DNA of 64,000 nt from NCBI RefSeq assembly GCF_009914755.1, contig NC_060925.1. The stretch is one strand, 5' to 3'. The stretch comes from the human T2T-CHM13v2.0 reference genome, Homo sapiens. Of this stretch, positions 12,490 through 27,325 are shown piece after piece. Numbering within the stretch: position 1 is the stretch's first letter; every line of letters begins with the position of its first letter. The notes under the pieces are model-generated. The model was not told where the DNA came from. It did no database searches and was given only the letters and a program-made list of their open reading frames with translations. The position numbers and the translations under genes were made by a program.

Positions 12490-13790
12490 TATTTCTAAAA
12501 TGTTATTTTTATTTAATTGACAAAACCATGTATATTTATTGTATATGACATGTTTTTAATACATGTACATTGTAGATGGCTATATGTAGCTAATTAACAT
12601 ATACATTACATCACATACTTATGTTTGTGTGTGTGTGTGTGTGAGATAAGAACACTTAAAATCTAATTTCCTGTAAATTTCCAGGAATACAGTGTGTTAC
12701 TATTAGCCACAGTCACCATGTTTTAAAATAGATCTCTTGGACTTATTATTCTTCTCTAACTGAAATTTTGTATCCTTTGCCCAACATCTCCTCCCACTCC
12801 CCTGCCTCTGGTAATCACCATTCTACTTCCTACTTCGATGACTTCAACTTTTTAGATTTCATGTTTAAGTGAAGTCATGAGGTATTTTTCTTTCTATGCT
12901 GGCTTATTTCAATTAACATAATTTCCTCCAAGTTCATCCATGTTGTCATAAATGACAGAATTTTCTTCTAATGGCTAAATTGTATTCCACAATGTATAGA
13001 TACTACATTTTCTTTATCCGTTCATCATTTTATGCACTCTTAGGTTGATTCCATATCTCAGCTATTGGGAATAGTGCTGCAATAAACATGGAAGTGCAGC
13101 TATGTCTTCAACATACTAATTTCACTTCCTTTGGATATATACCCAGAAGTGGGATTGCTGGATCATACGGTAGTTCTGTTTTTAATTTTTTGAGGACCCT
13201 CCATGCTGTTTTCCCTAATGACTGTACTAATTTCCATCCCCACCAAGAGTGTACTTGGGTTCTGTTCTTCCACATCCTCACCAACACTTGCTGTCTTTCA
13301 TCTTTTTGATAATAGCCATTCTAAGAGGTGTGGGGTGATAGCTCACTGGTGTTGATTTGCACTTCCCTGGTGATTAGTGACGTTGTGCATTTTTTCCTAT
13401 ACTCATAGGCCATTTTTATGTCTTCTGAAAAATGTCTATTCAGATCCTTTGCCTATTTTTTAATCAGATTCTTTGTTTTCTTATTATTGGGTTGTTTGAG
13501 TTCCTTATATATTTTGGATAGCAATCCCTTACCAGATGCCTGGTTTGCAAATATTTTCTCGCATTCTGTAGATTGTTTCTTCATTCTGTTGTTTCCTTGG
13601 CTGCGCAGGAGCCTTTTAGTTTAATGTAATCCTATTTATTTCTTTTTGCTTTTGTTTTCTTCTAGTAGATTTATAATTTCAGGCCTTATATTTAAGTCTT
13701 TAATTGATTTTGAGTTGATTTTTGCACATGGTGTGAGATAAGGATCCATTTTCACTCTTCTGCATGTGGAAATCCAGTTGTCCCAACACC
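12490..13790 (-). mobile_element. L1MA-type 3' end, antisense
   Basis: ggatatatacccagaagtgggattgctggatcat; ORF2 C-terminal homology. Confidence 0.85.
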
Positions 13791-14160
13791 AGAGTAATTT
13801 TAACTGTATTTAACTTCCACCTTAAAACTTAATTCTTCCCTCCAGTAACCAAAGGAAAGGCATGGTTACTTCTCACCCGCCCTTCTTCTTCACTAGGCCG
13901 TCCAAGCCCAGGCTTAAAGGAGTTCCCCTATCTACCTCCCCACCAGACTAAAATTTGAGGGCATAAAATGACTTTATATTTGGGAACCCAGGATGCTTGG
14001 AGGCAGGACTTGGCAACCAGCCGGACACTGATTCCATTCCTGCTTCTACCGCTAAGCTCTGTCATCCAGCAGATCCTCAATGGCCTCATCTGGAAAATGG
14101 GATAATACTTCCTCTGCAGGGTTGCTGGGAGGACTAAATAGATAGAAGAAAGCCCCACGC

Positions 14161-14483
<323 letters not shown>

Positions 14484-14583
14484 CTACGAACAGCACAACA
14501 CACAAAAAACAACAGGGGATCTTCTACTCCCTCCCTTCCCCCATTCTTCCTAGGAGAGACAGGGCTGAGCCATAGTTGGACAA

Positions 14584-14616
14584 TATCGCCACTTAGTGGC
14601 TGTGGTCAGAATTGCC
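14584..14616 (-). promoter_or_regulatory. CTCF motif with upstream module
   Basis: Minus strand GGCAATTCT-8nt-CCACTAAGTGGCGATA. Confidence 0.55.
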
Positions 14617-15803
14617 CAAAAGACCGACAGTTTCTGGATTTGAGGAAAAAAGGGAAAGCATTTAAAGAAGAGGTGTTGGGATTCTGAGAGGCCATTTGGC
14701 ATTATGGAAAGTGACTGGGCACTGGTATCTGGAAAACCAGGTTCAGGTCCCAGCCTTGCCAAATATTAGCTGTTTGATCCTAATCAAGTTATGTAACTTC
14801 TCTAAGCATCAGTTTCCTCATGTGTAAAATGGAGACAAGAATTGTCATCTCATTAGATTAACTCTGGGTAAGTGTTTATTGCCTTTCTTTTGCTCCTGAC
14901 CCTCTTCCAGCCCCCTCTCCCCATCCTGATAAACATCACCTTCCTGGTTCCTGACCCCCTCAGTAGTTCTCCTGGCCACATCTTTTCTACTTTATTTTTC
15001 AGATGTAGAACCTAATTTCCCCCTAAACTCTTTACCCCTTATGGGGAGAACCTCAAAGTCTACAGTTTTTATCCTCAGTATCTTAGGTTTAAAAACTCTA
15101 AATTCTTATACTATTTAGTAACAGACTCCTGGTGACACATTCGTGGTGATAAAATTATGTGGACAATGATCTCTAAAGCACAAAGCAAGTTACTCATTTA
15201 TAATAGAAAAGATACTCCTGTCTGGGGATGGGTACCAAGTCAGCAAACCAAGATACTCCCCATTAATAAGGGAGTATCTTCCAAATAACAAGGGCTCTTG
15301 CTGGACACAGACTCCGAGATGGTCAGGGTGAGGGACTGTTTCTCCCACATTCAGGAACACCCCGAGACCTCGTGACCCCAGCTGGAAACACCTCCCTGGT
15401 GGGCTGATGCCTGTGACCCTGCCCCGAGGACACGTGTCCACCAGCCTCGCTTCTGCGCTGACCAGCACCTTCCAAGTATTGAGCCCTCCCTAGATGGGCC
15501 AAGCCATAGTCGGCTGGTCTGGGAAAGCCCGGGCTTTAGAACTGCACAGAACTGGGTCTTCCACTTATTATCTGAGTGACCCGGGACAGATTGCTGAACT
15601 TGCCTGAGTCTGTGACCTCATCACAATGGGGCACAAGCACCCACTTCAGGGAGTGTCTGCGCTGAGTAAGTGAGGCCCTGTGCTTGCCCAGTGAGGTCCC
15701 CGGCAGATGGTCAGCCAATGCTCCTATTTCGTTCTGAACTCAGCGTCTAGGAGATCCTTCCTCCACTCTGAAGGTGCTGGCTTTACCACCAGGCCAGAGT
15801 CCA

Positions 15804-15821
15804 GGGCGCCCCCTCGTGGCT
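15804..15821 (-). promoter_or_regulatory. CTCF core motif
   Basis: Minus strand AGCCACGAGGGGGCGCCC, near consensus, CpGs retained. Confidence 0.7.
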
Positions 15822-15858
15822 CTGCATTTTCCAAATTTTTCTTCAAAGTAAAACTATT

Positions 15859-15976
15859 GGACCGGATTGGTGGCTCACACCTGTAATCCCAGCACTTTGG
15901 AAGGCAGAAGAGGGAGGATGGCTTGAGCCCAGAAGTTTGAAACCAGCGTAGGCAACACAATGAGACCTCGTCTCTA

Positions 15977-16012
<36 letters not shown>

Positions 16013-16176
16013 AAAAATTATCTGGGCGTGGTGGTGCACACCTGTGGTCCTAGTTACTTGGCAGACTGAGGTGAGAGGATTGCTTGAGCCAGGGAGGTCG
16101 AGGCTACAGGAAGCACTGATAGCACCACTGCACTCCAGCTGGGGCAACAGAGGGAGACCCTGTCTCAAAAAAAAAA
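15859..16176 (+). mobile_element. AluJ with expanded middle A tract
   Basis: ggaggatggcttgagccc diagnostic; ~31 A between the arms. Confidence 0.9.
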
Positions 16177-17544
16177 TGTCCTTGAGGATAGGAAACCCCT
16201 GAGGATAGATACACACTAATTCTTTTAGTCAACTTATTTCTGCATTTTAAAGTATGAACCACTGAAACCCATTTACAATGAAAGAAAATTTTAAAAGTGT
16301 ATATTTATAACACTTCCCTCCACACCCCCAGTGGATTCTTCACTCATCAGAAAGAAATGTCATTAAACCTAAGCCAATGGATAAGCTGAATAGATTACGT
16401 ATTTGTTTCCAAATGACTAGAAAGAACAGGTTATGAAAAAGGCAATTATTTCAAATGAACATTAGGAAACCATGGGGAACTGTATAAATGTGTGCCTGGG
16501 GTCACAGTCTCTGGGGTAGAGTTAACTGTGTGGCATGATCCCAAGAGCCTCACCAATGAAAATAACAATCAGAGATAAGACAAGGCTAATAATGAGGCAG
16601 AAGCCCTCACTCCTGTCTGGGATTTGGTTAGAGAGTGCAGCCCTGTTCTTGCCAGGACCCTCACTCGGCACCAGCTCCATCAAGGAGTGGATGTTTTCTC
16701 CCCCACTGGCCTTCAGAGACCTTCATACCCCGCAAATGATGTTGGCTGCTGTTGCCAAAGTCCTCAAAACCTCCCTACATGGGAGATGGAAGAATTTCTC
16801 CTGTGCAGAGATGGCTGTCCCCGGGCATGAACACTTCCATCTCCTGAGATCTACCCTGAGTGTCCTGATGACCTGGAGGGAGATCTGGCCTCTGACCATC
16901 ACACCCATGTAACCACTCTGCTCTCTGCCCACCCCTTCTTTCCCCTGGACCTTCTGGTCAGGGAATGTGTAGAGGAAAGGAGGGAAGTCCACTGTCCCCA
17001 TTCCCTGTAGGGTGGGGAGATGCAGGAGAGCCCATTTATTAGAATCTAACCATGCAAACAACGTCCCCACTCCCACCCAGAAAAAATGTCTACTACTAAT
17101 TGATTGGCCTGGGTGTCCCTATCCTTGGGGCTTTGAAATAGGTTTTATCCCTTTTGGAAAGCTGTCCCCACCAAAGGACAAAATCTGCTCCTCTAACAAA
17201 TTTATTTGCAGGCTTCTGAATAATCTCTGGGGGCCCTGGGCATCTGCTCTACGTGTTTACATCTGGCTGTGTGCTCCCTGGCATATTTCATTCAGTTAAC
17301 AGTTATTTAGTGCCTACTATGTACAAGGCAATGAGGCTAAGCACTTGATATGCATTATCTCAATTCCCAGAACAACTCTTTGTGGTGGGTATAATCAATG
17401 TATTCACTTTATAGATGAGAAAAGCAAGGCTTAGAGGATCAAAGGAACTTAAGACCCAAGGCTCGTAAATACTGGAGCAAAAATTCATACTCAGGTCAGT
17501 CTGGCCCCATATCACTTGTTCTATACTTCCAATACAATCTTTAA

Positions 17545-18550
17545 AAAGAAAACAGCTTTGATTGGACATAATTTACATACCATATATTTCCCCATTTAAA
17601 GTGTACATTTCAATACTTTTTAATGTATTCACAAATTTGTGCTGCCATCAAAAGAGTCCATTTTAGGACATTTTCATTACCTCAAAAAAAGTTTGTATCC
17701 TTCGGCCATCCACCCATTTTCTCCTATTCCACAGCCCTGCGTAACCACTAATCTAATTTCTCTCTCTATAGTGTTTCCTATTCTGGACTTTCCTCAGCCC
17801 TGGGTAACCACTAATCTAATTTCTCTCTCTATAGTGTTTCCTATTCTGGACTTTCATAGGAGTCGAATCAAATAGATGTGGTCTTCTGTGACTGGTTGCT
17901 TTAATTCAGCACAACATTTCAAGGTTCATCAGTGTTGTGTTATAGTTCAGTTCTAATATCCCATTATATGGATATACAATATTTTATTTATGTATTCACT
18001 CATCCATTGTTTGTTTCCACCATTTGGCTATTATGAACAATGCTGCTATAAACACTCATGTGCAAGTTTCTGTGTGAACATGTGTTTTCATTTCTCTTGG
18101 GTATATGCCTAGAAGTGGAGCGAACTGCTGGATTATATGGTAGAATTCTATGTTCAATCATATGAGAAACTGACAGACTGCCTTCTAACACAGCTGCACT
18201 TCGCCATCAATGTATGAGGGCTTCAATTTCTCCACATCTTTGCCAGCACTTGTCATTATGAACTTTTTGATTCTAGCTACCCTGATGGATGTGAAGTGGT
18301 ATCTCAAGGTTTTGGTTTGCATTTTCCTGATGACTAATGCTGCCAAGCATCTTTTCATGTGTGTACTGGCCATTTGTATATCTTCTTTGGGGAAATGCCT
18401 ATTAGATCATTTGCCTATTTGTAAATTAGGTTATTTGTCTTTTTATTGTTCAGTTGTGAGAGTTTTTCATATATTCTGGATAAAAATACCTTATCACATA
18501 TACAAATGCAAATATTTTCTCCCATCTGTGGATTATGTTTCCATTTCCTT
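17545..18550 (-). mobile_element. L1MB-type 3' end, antisense, with an internal 63-bp tandem duplication
   Basis: L1 3' homology; cagccctg(c/g)gtaaccactaatct... at 17732 and 17795. Confidence 0.82.
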
Positions 18551-19583
18551 TTAAAAAACTATGTCCATGTTTTATTGTATTGTTACATTCTCTACCTTTA
18601 AAAAAATAGTTTGAACCGAAAGGTCTTGAAGGCTTAAGATGGGGACCCTGGTAGGGACTGACCACAGGTGCCAGAAAAGGATTTGCTCAGAATCTTCTTA
18701 GAAATCTTCCGTTTTTCACAATTCCAGGATGGGGTAAAAGGTGATAGTTTCACTCCACATTCCCAGATGGGCTCATCTGATGATGAGAAAACAGCCCTTC
18801 ATGGAGCATATGTATGCAGAGAGAACCCCATGTTAAAAATAACTGACACACATAATCTTTAATTACAAACGATAAATGCTTGAGAAGCAAAACACTGCAG
18901 ATCAGATGTAGTATGAAGGAGCTGGGAACTGGGAGGAAATGGACGTGACATTCCAGGCAGAGGGAGTGGTGTGTGAGAAGGTCTGAGATAGGAGGGAGCA
19001 AGTGTGATTCAGGGGCTGATGGCTTCTATTGAGGTCCAGTTTACATCCAGTACAATTCATCAGTTTAAAGTATATTAACAAAGTTTCCTTGTGTTTCTTA
19101 GAGAAAAATTTTAACTTTTCTACAACTGCATATTAGATTCACGTACTGTTTTTCTTCTTACATGGGAATGGGGGACAGTCTGGCCTGGTCTGTCATTTTT
19201 CTGATGATATCATGAGTCAAACCATGTCTCCCCTTTCTATTTGCATCTTCCCCCTGGAACTTAAGTTGAGAGAGACACATGTTGATGTTGATGTTCTCTG
19301 CTTAGCTACTGTGTAGACACAGATGGGTTGAGAGGCTGGACTGTGGGTAGCTATATTCTGAAAGCTTAGTTTCTGCGGTCTTTCTCTGAATTTGTTGGAA
19401 ACATTTGCACTTCACGTCAATGTCCAGGGCTTATGCAGTGTTTTCCAGTGATGGTAGTACCCCATTGATGTACATGTCTGTGAGTGTGCATGTGTATTTT
19501 AATTTCTGAAAGACCTACCGCCTTGGTAACCAGTATTATTTGTGTTACTATTTCTGGGAGCAGAGCCTAAAGAAAACAGCAAG

Positions 19584-19861
19584 GGCTGGGTGCAGTGGCT
19601 CACGCCTGTAATCCCAGCACTTTGGGAGGCTGAGGTGGGCAGATCACAAGGTCAGGAGTTCTAGACCAGCCTGGCCAGCATGGTGAAACCCTGTCTCTAC
19701 TAAAAAAACAAAAATTAACCAGGCATGGTGGTGCGCATCTGTAATCCCAGCTACTCAGGAGGCTGAGGCAGGAGAATCACTTGAATCCAGGAGGCGAAGG
19801 TTGTAGTGAGCCGAGATCATGTCACTGCATTCCAGCCTGGGTGATAGAGCGAGGCTCTGTC

Positions 19862-19896
<35 letters not shown>

Positions 19897-19928
19897 GAGA
19901 AAGAGAGAAAGGAAGAAAGGAAGGAAAC
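19584..19928 (+). mobile_element. AluS with (GAAA)n tail
   Basis: Full dimer followed by a GAAA/GGAA microsatellite. Confidence 0.92.
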
Positions 19929-21281
19929 AGCATGCTCATTGCAAACCCTTCTGGGGTAAGGATGAAGAGCTTTGCAGAAACTACAAAGTTTGTTTCCTGA
20001 AACAAAAGGCAGAGCAGGGTATCTTGGCTGTTATAGGGCTGAGATTTGGGTTCACTTGGAATTGAGCCATTCTTCACTCTTGAGATGCTTACTTAATGCA
20101 GATCAGCTCCCACTGTAGATGTTAGAGAGACCTGTAATTACAATGGAATATTTGGAAATTTTTCTAACAGATGCCTAGCCACATCCTCACATTTCTTGGT
20201 GTGTGCAGCACCACTGTGGGAAAGAGCTGGTAGCTTGAGTGAATTAATGGGACTCTTCTCCTTATATGTTAATTTGCAGAGGCTAGGGAGGGATGGAACC
20301 CACACATGGATTCCCAGCTTCCCAGTTGTGCTCCCAGGATATGATGCTGTTCTGCTTAAGACTCCTTTCAGAGCTCACGCCTGAAGGTCCAGACCTGTGA
20401 TGGCTGAGCTGAGCTGAGCAGGGCAGGGCAGGGAGGGTAACCCACGTATTTGGCCTCATAGTTGAGATCCTGTGTCAGCAGCTGATGGTTCTGGGGTATG
20501 TTGCCTCTGATGACAAAGCTGGTGGAGGCAGGTGTGTTGGGGCCTTAAGACTACAGGGGCCTCCAGGGCAGGGGTGAAGCAGCTGCACCACTTGACCCAA
20601 GTTGCACCTGGTGGCGGTGTCAGGAAGGATGGAGCAGACCTGGTAGTTTCTGCTCCCCAAGGTCTGGCTAGCTCTCATTCACTGAAGGACACAAAGAAAA
20701 TATTAATAGCTACTACAATAGTTTGTGTTTATATATAACTCCTTTAGGGAAATATTTCAAAGGTAATTAACATTACAATGAATCAATACAGCAAGGGATT
20801 GTGGAAAATGGGGTATAAGTGAATTGAATTATTGGAGTTGTATTATTCAATGTATTGCCATATTAAAAGGATGGGTTGATGATTTTTAAAATAGCTAATT
20901 TTTAAGTAGGAGTTTTAAAAATTACTCAAATGATGATCCATCATGTGTACAGTAAATAGACTTAAGTACATGACCAGTAGACCAAAAAGATGTGAATGCA
21001 CATTAGTGATGTTAAAAAGTCCAAATTACCCATTTAGTTCCAGTAAAATAACATTACCTAGTACATTATATTAACTTGAATTTTATTGCTTTGTTTCTAT
21101 TTCTATACTTTTAATTTTATAGTTTTGAGAATACGTTATATAGATTTTGTGTTTGTATGCCTTTGAGTAATGTGATAATAAAACAATTTAAGTCAAAATT
21201 GGGCTTCAAAGGGCATGATGTTTCACTTTTAACAGGGGACTCATTCTCAGCCCTCACGCTAGTGTCAGCCACGCATAGTGT

Positions 21282-21314
21282 CAGTGACACCTAGTGGTTC
21301 AAGCAAGAACTGCA
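21282..21314 (-). promoter_or_regulatory. CTCF motif with upstream module
   Basis: Minus strand TGCAGTTCT-8nt-CCACTAGGTGTCACTG. Confidence 0.72.
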
Positions 21315-21994
21315 ACTTCATTGAATGGTGGACGATTTCAAAGAAAAACAGGTTCTCCCTTAGATAAGCCTCTGGATCCCTTTGATGAGGTGTTGAAATG
21401 AGGGCCTACCAGTCCCTGGTGTCTCCCATTTTGGCCTGTTCCACACTGACTCGTCAGCTATTTGAAGCAACTTTATGGAGGAGGGAATGACACTTCGTAT
21501 ACTAGGAACAGAATGTAGAAACTAATGATGACTTTTAGAGTGAGAAAGTTTTCAGGAAGACATTTCTAACAATTAGAGTGGTTCAACAATGTACACCACA
21601 AAAGCCACTAAGCCATGACTTTAGGATCACTTGGCAGCCTGCTGGGCTCATTCACTAGCTAAGCCATCTACATCACACCAACCTCACAGAACACACAATT
21701 CAATTTTTTTATATTTGTAAATTTATGAATTGCTACGTGCTACAGAACTTCAGGCAATTTATGAATGGTCAAATCCACTGATTACAGAATTCTAAAGGTC
21801 ATCATGGTCTTTACAATGCTCTGTCCTCAGCAGCCTGTGCCTGACCCATTCCCATTACCATGCCTGCTTTCCCACCCAAGTTCAAGGCCATCCTGAAAAA
21901 GTTGCTTGCAGCATCATAGAGGCACCAACACCTCTGCATTCTCATAATTGTCTTTCTGAATCCTGGGATTGGGGACAGGGAGAGGAAGAGGGGA

Positions 21995-22475
21995 GAAGTG
22001 AAAATAAACCAAGCTTGCAGCACCTTCAGCACTAATCATGAGGTCTGCTGCTCTCTAACTGCTTCCCCACAGTTGTTTGGTGCCTATGGCCTCAGAATCA
22101 TGTAGATCCTCTTATAAGATTATAGTTCCTATCAACTGTTCTATAAATAACAACTTGAAATGTTATGTTTTCCCTTTGAGATATCCCTTCAGGTCTTGCA
22201 TACTGATGAAACTACTGACTCAGTGGGTCTGAATGATCCCAGGAGCTGCTGAATAATCAAAATATGCAGTTTCCAAATGCTGATTATTTCTCCCCCCTTA
22301 CCCCAACCAATCAACACCACCAATTTTCTGGCCTCTCACCCTCCACTATATCCTTAAAAACCCCAGCCCAGAACTTCTCAGGGAGATGGATTTGAGGATC
22401 TTCTTCTATCTCCTCACTCAGTGCCCTGTGATCATTAAACGCTTTCTCTGCTGCAAACCCTGCTGACTTAGTGTA
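21995..22475 (+). mobile_element. ERV1 MER4-group solo LTR (subfamily uncertain)
   Basis: taaaaaccccagcccagaac...gggagatggatttgag...attaaacgctttctctgctgcaaaccctgctg. Confidence 0.6.
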
Positions 22476-25400
22476 GGTACTATTAATATATTCATATTTC
22501 CATTTTAGAAAGATGTGAAACTACTTTTCATAAGTTGTCCAGGCACACCCAGTTAGAAAGTGACAGAACTGGGCATCTGTCTGCAGAGCCTGCACACTCA
22601 ACTTCTGTTCTTAGAGTGTGTCTCTAGATGGTGGTCACAGTTATGACCCACAAACTTGTCATCATTCCTAGGCCACACAAAACCCTTCCAATCTTTGTAG
22701 GATATTAGACCCACCTGTGTCTCCAGACAGACCATCCCTGTCTTCAAATGGAATGCCTGGAATTTCATTCAATTATGCTCTGCAGTGTTGCCAGAGGTTC
22801 CCCAGATTGGCTCAAAAGTCAGCACACTCTCAGGCAAAAAGGTTGCAGTGTCACTTGATTCCAAGGAAACTCTTGTCAAGTTTAGGCAGGTCACACATGG
22901 GCAAGAAATCAAACATGAAGAGGATGGTCAGGTTCCCCAGCACAACATGCCCAGGGAGAGAGCACCTGCCACAAACAGCTCAGGTCCAGGGGAATCATAG
23001 CTGAGAATCAAAATGCAGAAATCATTTGCATCTGATCTTTCCCAATTCTGGAAAGCCTGGAATCCAGAGCCATCATGATCCCCTTAATTTATTAGGCTGC
23101 CTCCTTCATTTAATGAGAATTGTCTTGTTAACCCCATTCTCAGGTCTGTAGAACCATGACAGTTGTTGTTTTCAAATATCTTCTTTGAATACAGGTTCTT
23201 CTTATCTCAGGATCACCATAAATCTCCTCTTTGTAAACAGGACTTTGGTCACAGTCATACTTGGAATGAATATCTCATAACCTCTTAACTGCATTTTGCC
23301 CATGACCTTGCTAATTTTATCACATTTGTTTGAAACAACTTTATATTGCCATCGCTCTTCTTCCTGGCCTCTGTGGATTTTTCCTGAAGTCATCATAGTT
23401 GAAGGGCTTCACCCTTGTGAGGGTGTTTGTGTGTGCTATGCCTATGTTATCATTGAGTTTTCTCTGTAAATCTATGGCTCAAACTCCTATGTCTCCAACT
23501 GCACATATTGTGACACATTAAGTACAAGGCCACCTTTGACTCCTTCATCATCACAAAGGTGCAATTCTTTCCCTATCTGTTTGCAATCTGGAGCACATCT
23601 GTTCTTTTCTCTAGGGCAATGACTCTCAAACTCCAGGATGCATCAGAATCACCTGGAAGGCCTGCTGAACCACAGATTGCTGGGCCCCACCCATAGAAAA
23701 AAAATAACAGAGACGGGGGTGGGAGGGGATAGGACGAGAGGGGAGAAAAAAAAAGAAACAACTAGAGTTATCACATGTCATAGGGTCAGTGGTGAAATAT
23801 GTACTTATTGTCTGTCAGTGGCAAAAGCTTTCAGGACTTCTGTCACTTCACTGCTAACAGTTCCTCCAGCCTCTGCTTGGTTAATTCCAGAGAAGGAGAA
23901 ACCCACTGCTTCCCAGGATGGCACCTTCAGCCTTGGGGAGCTGAAACAAGTCACATGCCATGTGGGGGCAGGAGTGACAACCAGGAAGTCAGAGTTACCT
24001 CTGACGACAACTCCTTCTCTTATGTCCCTTGGTTGTGAACCTCTTTTCCTACCATGGTCTCTGGCAGCCACTGATGTGTTTGCTGTCCCCATAGTTTTGT
24101 CTTGTAAGAGTGTCGTCAAAATGTAATCATGCAGTTTGCAGGTTTTTTTGAGAACAGCTTCTTTTGCTTGGCATAATGCATTTGAGAGTCATCTATGTGA
24201 GACAGCCAGGTGGGAGGGGGCTCCTCAGAAAAACTCCAACCAGCCTGCGCACTAGGGTGGAGCCACAGAAGTTTGTGCTCTTTCCAGTGGGGAGGAGTCA
24301 GGCCCCTCCTCTTCCTTTGTGGAACCTGGGATGTGAAGGGTGGGAAGGAAATGCTCCAGCAGGGACTCTGGCCTTCCAAGAGTTCTTCTTTGCCCCTTTT
24401 CTTTCTTTTTACCCAATGCAACCCTGTCTTACTCACCATTTAAATTGTCTGCAAGCCTGAATTTTCATGGCCATGGGACAAAGAACGCTGTTTTTAGCTG
24501 AACTAAGGAAAAGTTATGCAACATTTTTGGCGCACAACGTTGGGCCAGAAAAGCAGTGAGTGAAATGGGGACTCGAAACCTCTCAATGTTGCTCCTAAGC
24601 CTTTTCATCCTTGGACTTCTGAGGGTGGGGGAAAACATGCCCCCAACCCCCTTAGCTCCTGGGACTTTTCATGGCATTTCCCTTCCTTTTTCAGGACCTA
24701 CTGGCGAGCAGCAGCTCCCTGCTGCTCTCCCCTCCCTGCCGGGGCTGGGATGCATGGCCCAAGGGTCCCGCACGGCCAGTTGGCTGGCATTTTCTACCAT
24801 AAGCCGCTGGAGACTTCCCCTTCTCTGTCCAAGCGGTTCAGCTCCATTGGACAGTAATTAAGCTTTTCTCTTCGTGGGGAAACCACTTGCTTAAGAATAA
24901 GAGGTTCCTCCCAAGATTTTTAAACTATTCTCTCTTTTTCCCTCTTCTCTACCCTATCAGCAGTTAAGTTTTAAGCAAGTTTTTTTTTTGTTTTTTGTTT
25001 TGTTTTGTTTTGTTTTAGAAGACGTTTTACTAGGCTAAGTCCTCCAACTATCACTATCACTGTTTGTACTCTCCATAAAGTTTTGGTTGTGAAAAAGAAT
25101 CTCATGGAGACTGGATTTTCTTCTGCCTGTGTGTGTATTGTGTGTCATGTCTGTAAAAAGAGCTCTAATTAATTTGTCCTAAAGAAAGACAAGTGCTTGA
25201 ATCAAGTATTTTTTTAAGGGAAGTTAAAAGTTGTGGTACCTTTCAGTTCATGTGACTTTAATCTTTGAGAAATAAAAGCAGCCTTAAAGATTATTGGTAA
25301 AATGCTTGTGTCATTAAAATGTAAATAGGTGAACTAAATTATGCAGGTCAGATGCAAGGTTTGCTAAGTGTTTTGAGGTTACAAACTGCTCTTTGGATTT

Positions 25401-26574
25401 TGAGAACTGTCTGTCCTTCCTGCTTTACAATTGGTAGGGCCTAGGGACATATGGAACTAACCATGCCCTTAATTTAGAAGGCAAACCTTGGCTGCAGTTA
25501 GCACACAATTAAAGCAATTTACCAAGTTTTACCTTAAAGTTAAAAATGTCTAGGAGTTAATTGAAACTACTAGAAATAGATTTACATGCAAGGTGTGTAA
25601 GAACAGTAAAATTTGTTTTTTAGTAAAAGGTTATAAGAAGGCATGGAAATGTAAACTTTTGCCTAGGATTAAAGGATTGTTTTGAGTTAGATATGAAAAG
25701 CTGAAAGTTCATAGAAGTGGTGGAAGAATTGTGGAAATTAATCTTGCAGAAGAGTTCTCTGTGTGAACATACTAATTAAATTCAAAGGGGTTATAAAAAG
25801 TTTCTGCTTCTTTAAATTTCTAAGTCATCATTTTGGCAAAAAGTTTATGGTAATCTAGAACTTTATTCAAGTGTTTTAAACACATTTAACAGCCTTCCCA
25901 AAATCAAACTTAAGTTTCAAAATTGTCTTTCCTGACACCTAACTTTTCAGATGCTTCAGAGGGCCCCTGAAGTGTCCAGAAAAGACAGGTAAACAGGATT
26001 ATTTGACATGTTTAGGTACATGGGGTTGCCAAAATGATGTTCAATTTTCTTTAGGTTATATCTTGGAGAATAATGCTAATATATGTTCCAAAATTGTGTG
26101 GAATTTCTAAAATTCTAATTTCTGAATTCTGAGTATATGCTATCAAACATAATTAAGGTTTTTTATATTAAGTTATTGTGAACCACGGAGATAACCAAAC
26201 CTCTTTGTCAATTATGTTTCTAACTATAACTGCCCTGGACATTTTGCTATTCACAGATAATTGTTGTTTTGTTTTAATCCTTTAAAAGATGGCTTATAAT
26301 GAACTATAGAATTTTAACGGGTACTCTCAAATACAGGCTTCTGATAACTTTAGAGATTATAATACTGGAATAAAGGAAAACGTACAGGATTCATGAAGAG
26401 CTGAAATGTTCATGAATGTCAAGCAAAACAAGAGTTAACTAAATGGACTGAACTTGGAAAGCTGAAGCAACCTTTTTGACTTTTGCTTAGAATATTGCTG
26501 GTCCTTGTTTTGTTTTTCAGAGTCAAGGAAACTTATTTTGAAATAGTTATAGCCTTTAGTAATTAAGTAAGGTG

Positions 26575-27325
26575 TGTCGATGAAAAGAGTCGAACTCTGT
26601 AAAATATTTTAAGAGATTTATTCTGAGCCAAATATGAGTAACCATGGCCTGTAACACAGCCCTCAGGAGGTCCTAAGAACATGTGCCTAAGGTGGTTGGG
26701 GTACAGCCTGGTTTTATATATTTTAGGGAGGCATGAGACATCAATGAAATACATTTAAGAAATACATTGGTTTGGTTCAGAAAGGCAGGACAACTCAAAG
26801 CAGGGGCTTCCAGGCTATAGGTAAATTTAAATATTTTCTGGTTGACAATTGGTTGAGTTTATCTGAAGACCTGGGATTAATGAAAAGGAATGTTCAGGTA
26901 AAGGTAAAGGATTGTGGAGACCAAGTTTTATTGTGCAGAGGAAACTCTCAGATAGCAGACTTTAGAGATAACAGGTTGTAAAATGTTTCTTATTGGACTT
27001 AAAAGGGTGCCTGGCTCTTAGTTGATTATCTCCTGGGTCTGGGAAGCAAGGAAAACAAAGAGGAAAGGGGATTTTCTATAGAATGTGGATTTTTCCCATA
27101 AGAGACTCTGCAGGTCAATTTCAAGGTATGGCAAGAAAATATACTTTGGGGTTAAACATTTCGATTTTCTTCCTTGTTATGCCAGAGTCAGATTGGAAAG
27201 TAAGTCATGATATACAGGGTTAAAATAAAGCCCATCTGATGAGAATTTATAGTTTGTAGGGCATGACTCATTAGACCCTTTGGGTAGGAATTTGGGCAAG
27301 ATAAAGAATCAGAGCTTAGTCCTCA
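26575..27325 (-). mobile_element. MER4-family solo LTR nested in the provirus
   Basis: tgtcgatgaaaagagtc...agagcttagtcctca; flanks ggtg/ggta. Confidence 0.82.

Noticed and set aside
16723-17076. Minus ORF with vague IgV/butyrophilin flavour (GQISLQVIRTLRVDLRRWKC)
   Set aside because: No B-strand Cys/C-strand Trp at correct spacing and no convincing splice sites
22620-23560. Faint C2H2/EGR-like text on minus (HTNTLTRVKPFNYDDFRK, resembling HTGEKPF) and short ORFs on +
   Set aside because: Zinc-ligand Cys/His residues are missing and many stops or frameshifts are needed; cannot be separated from chance without a translated search
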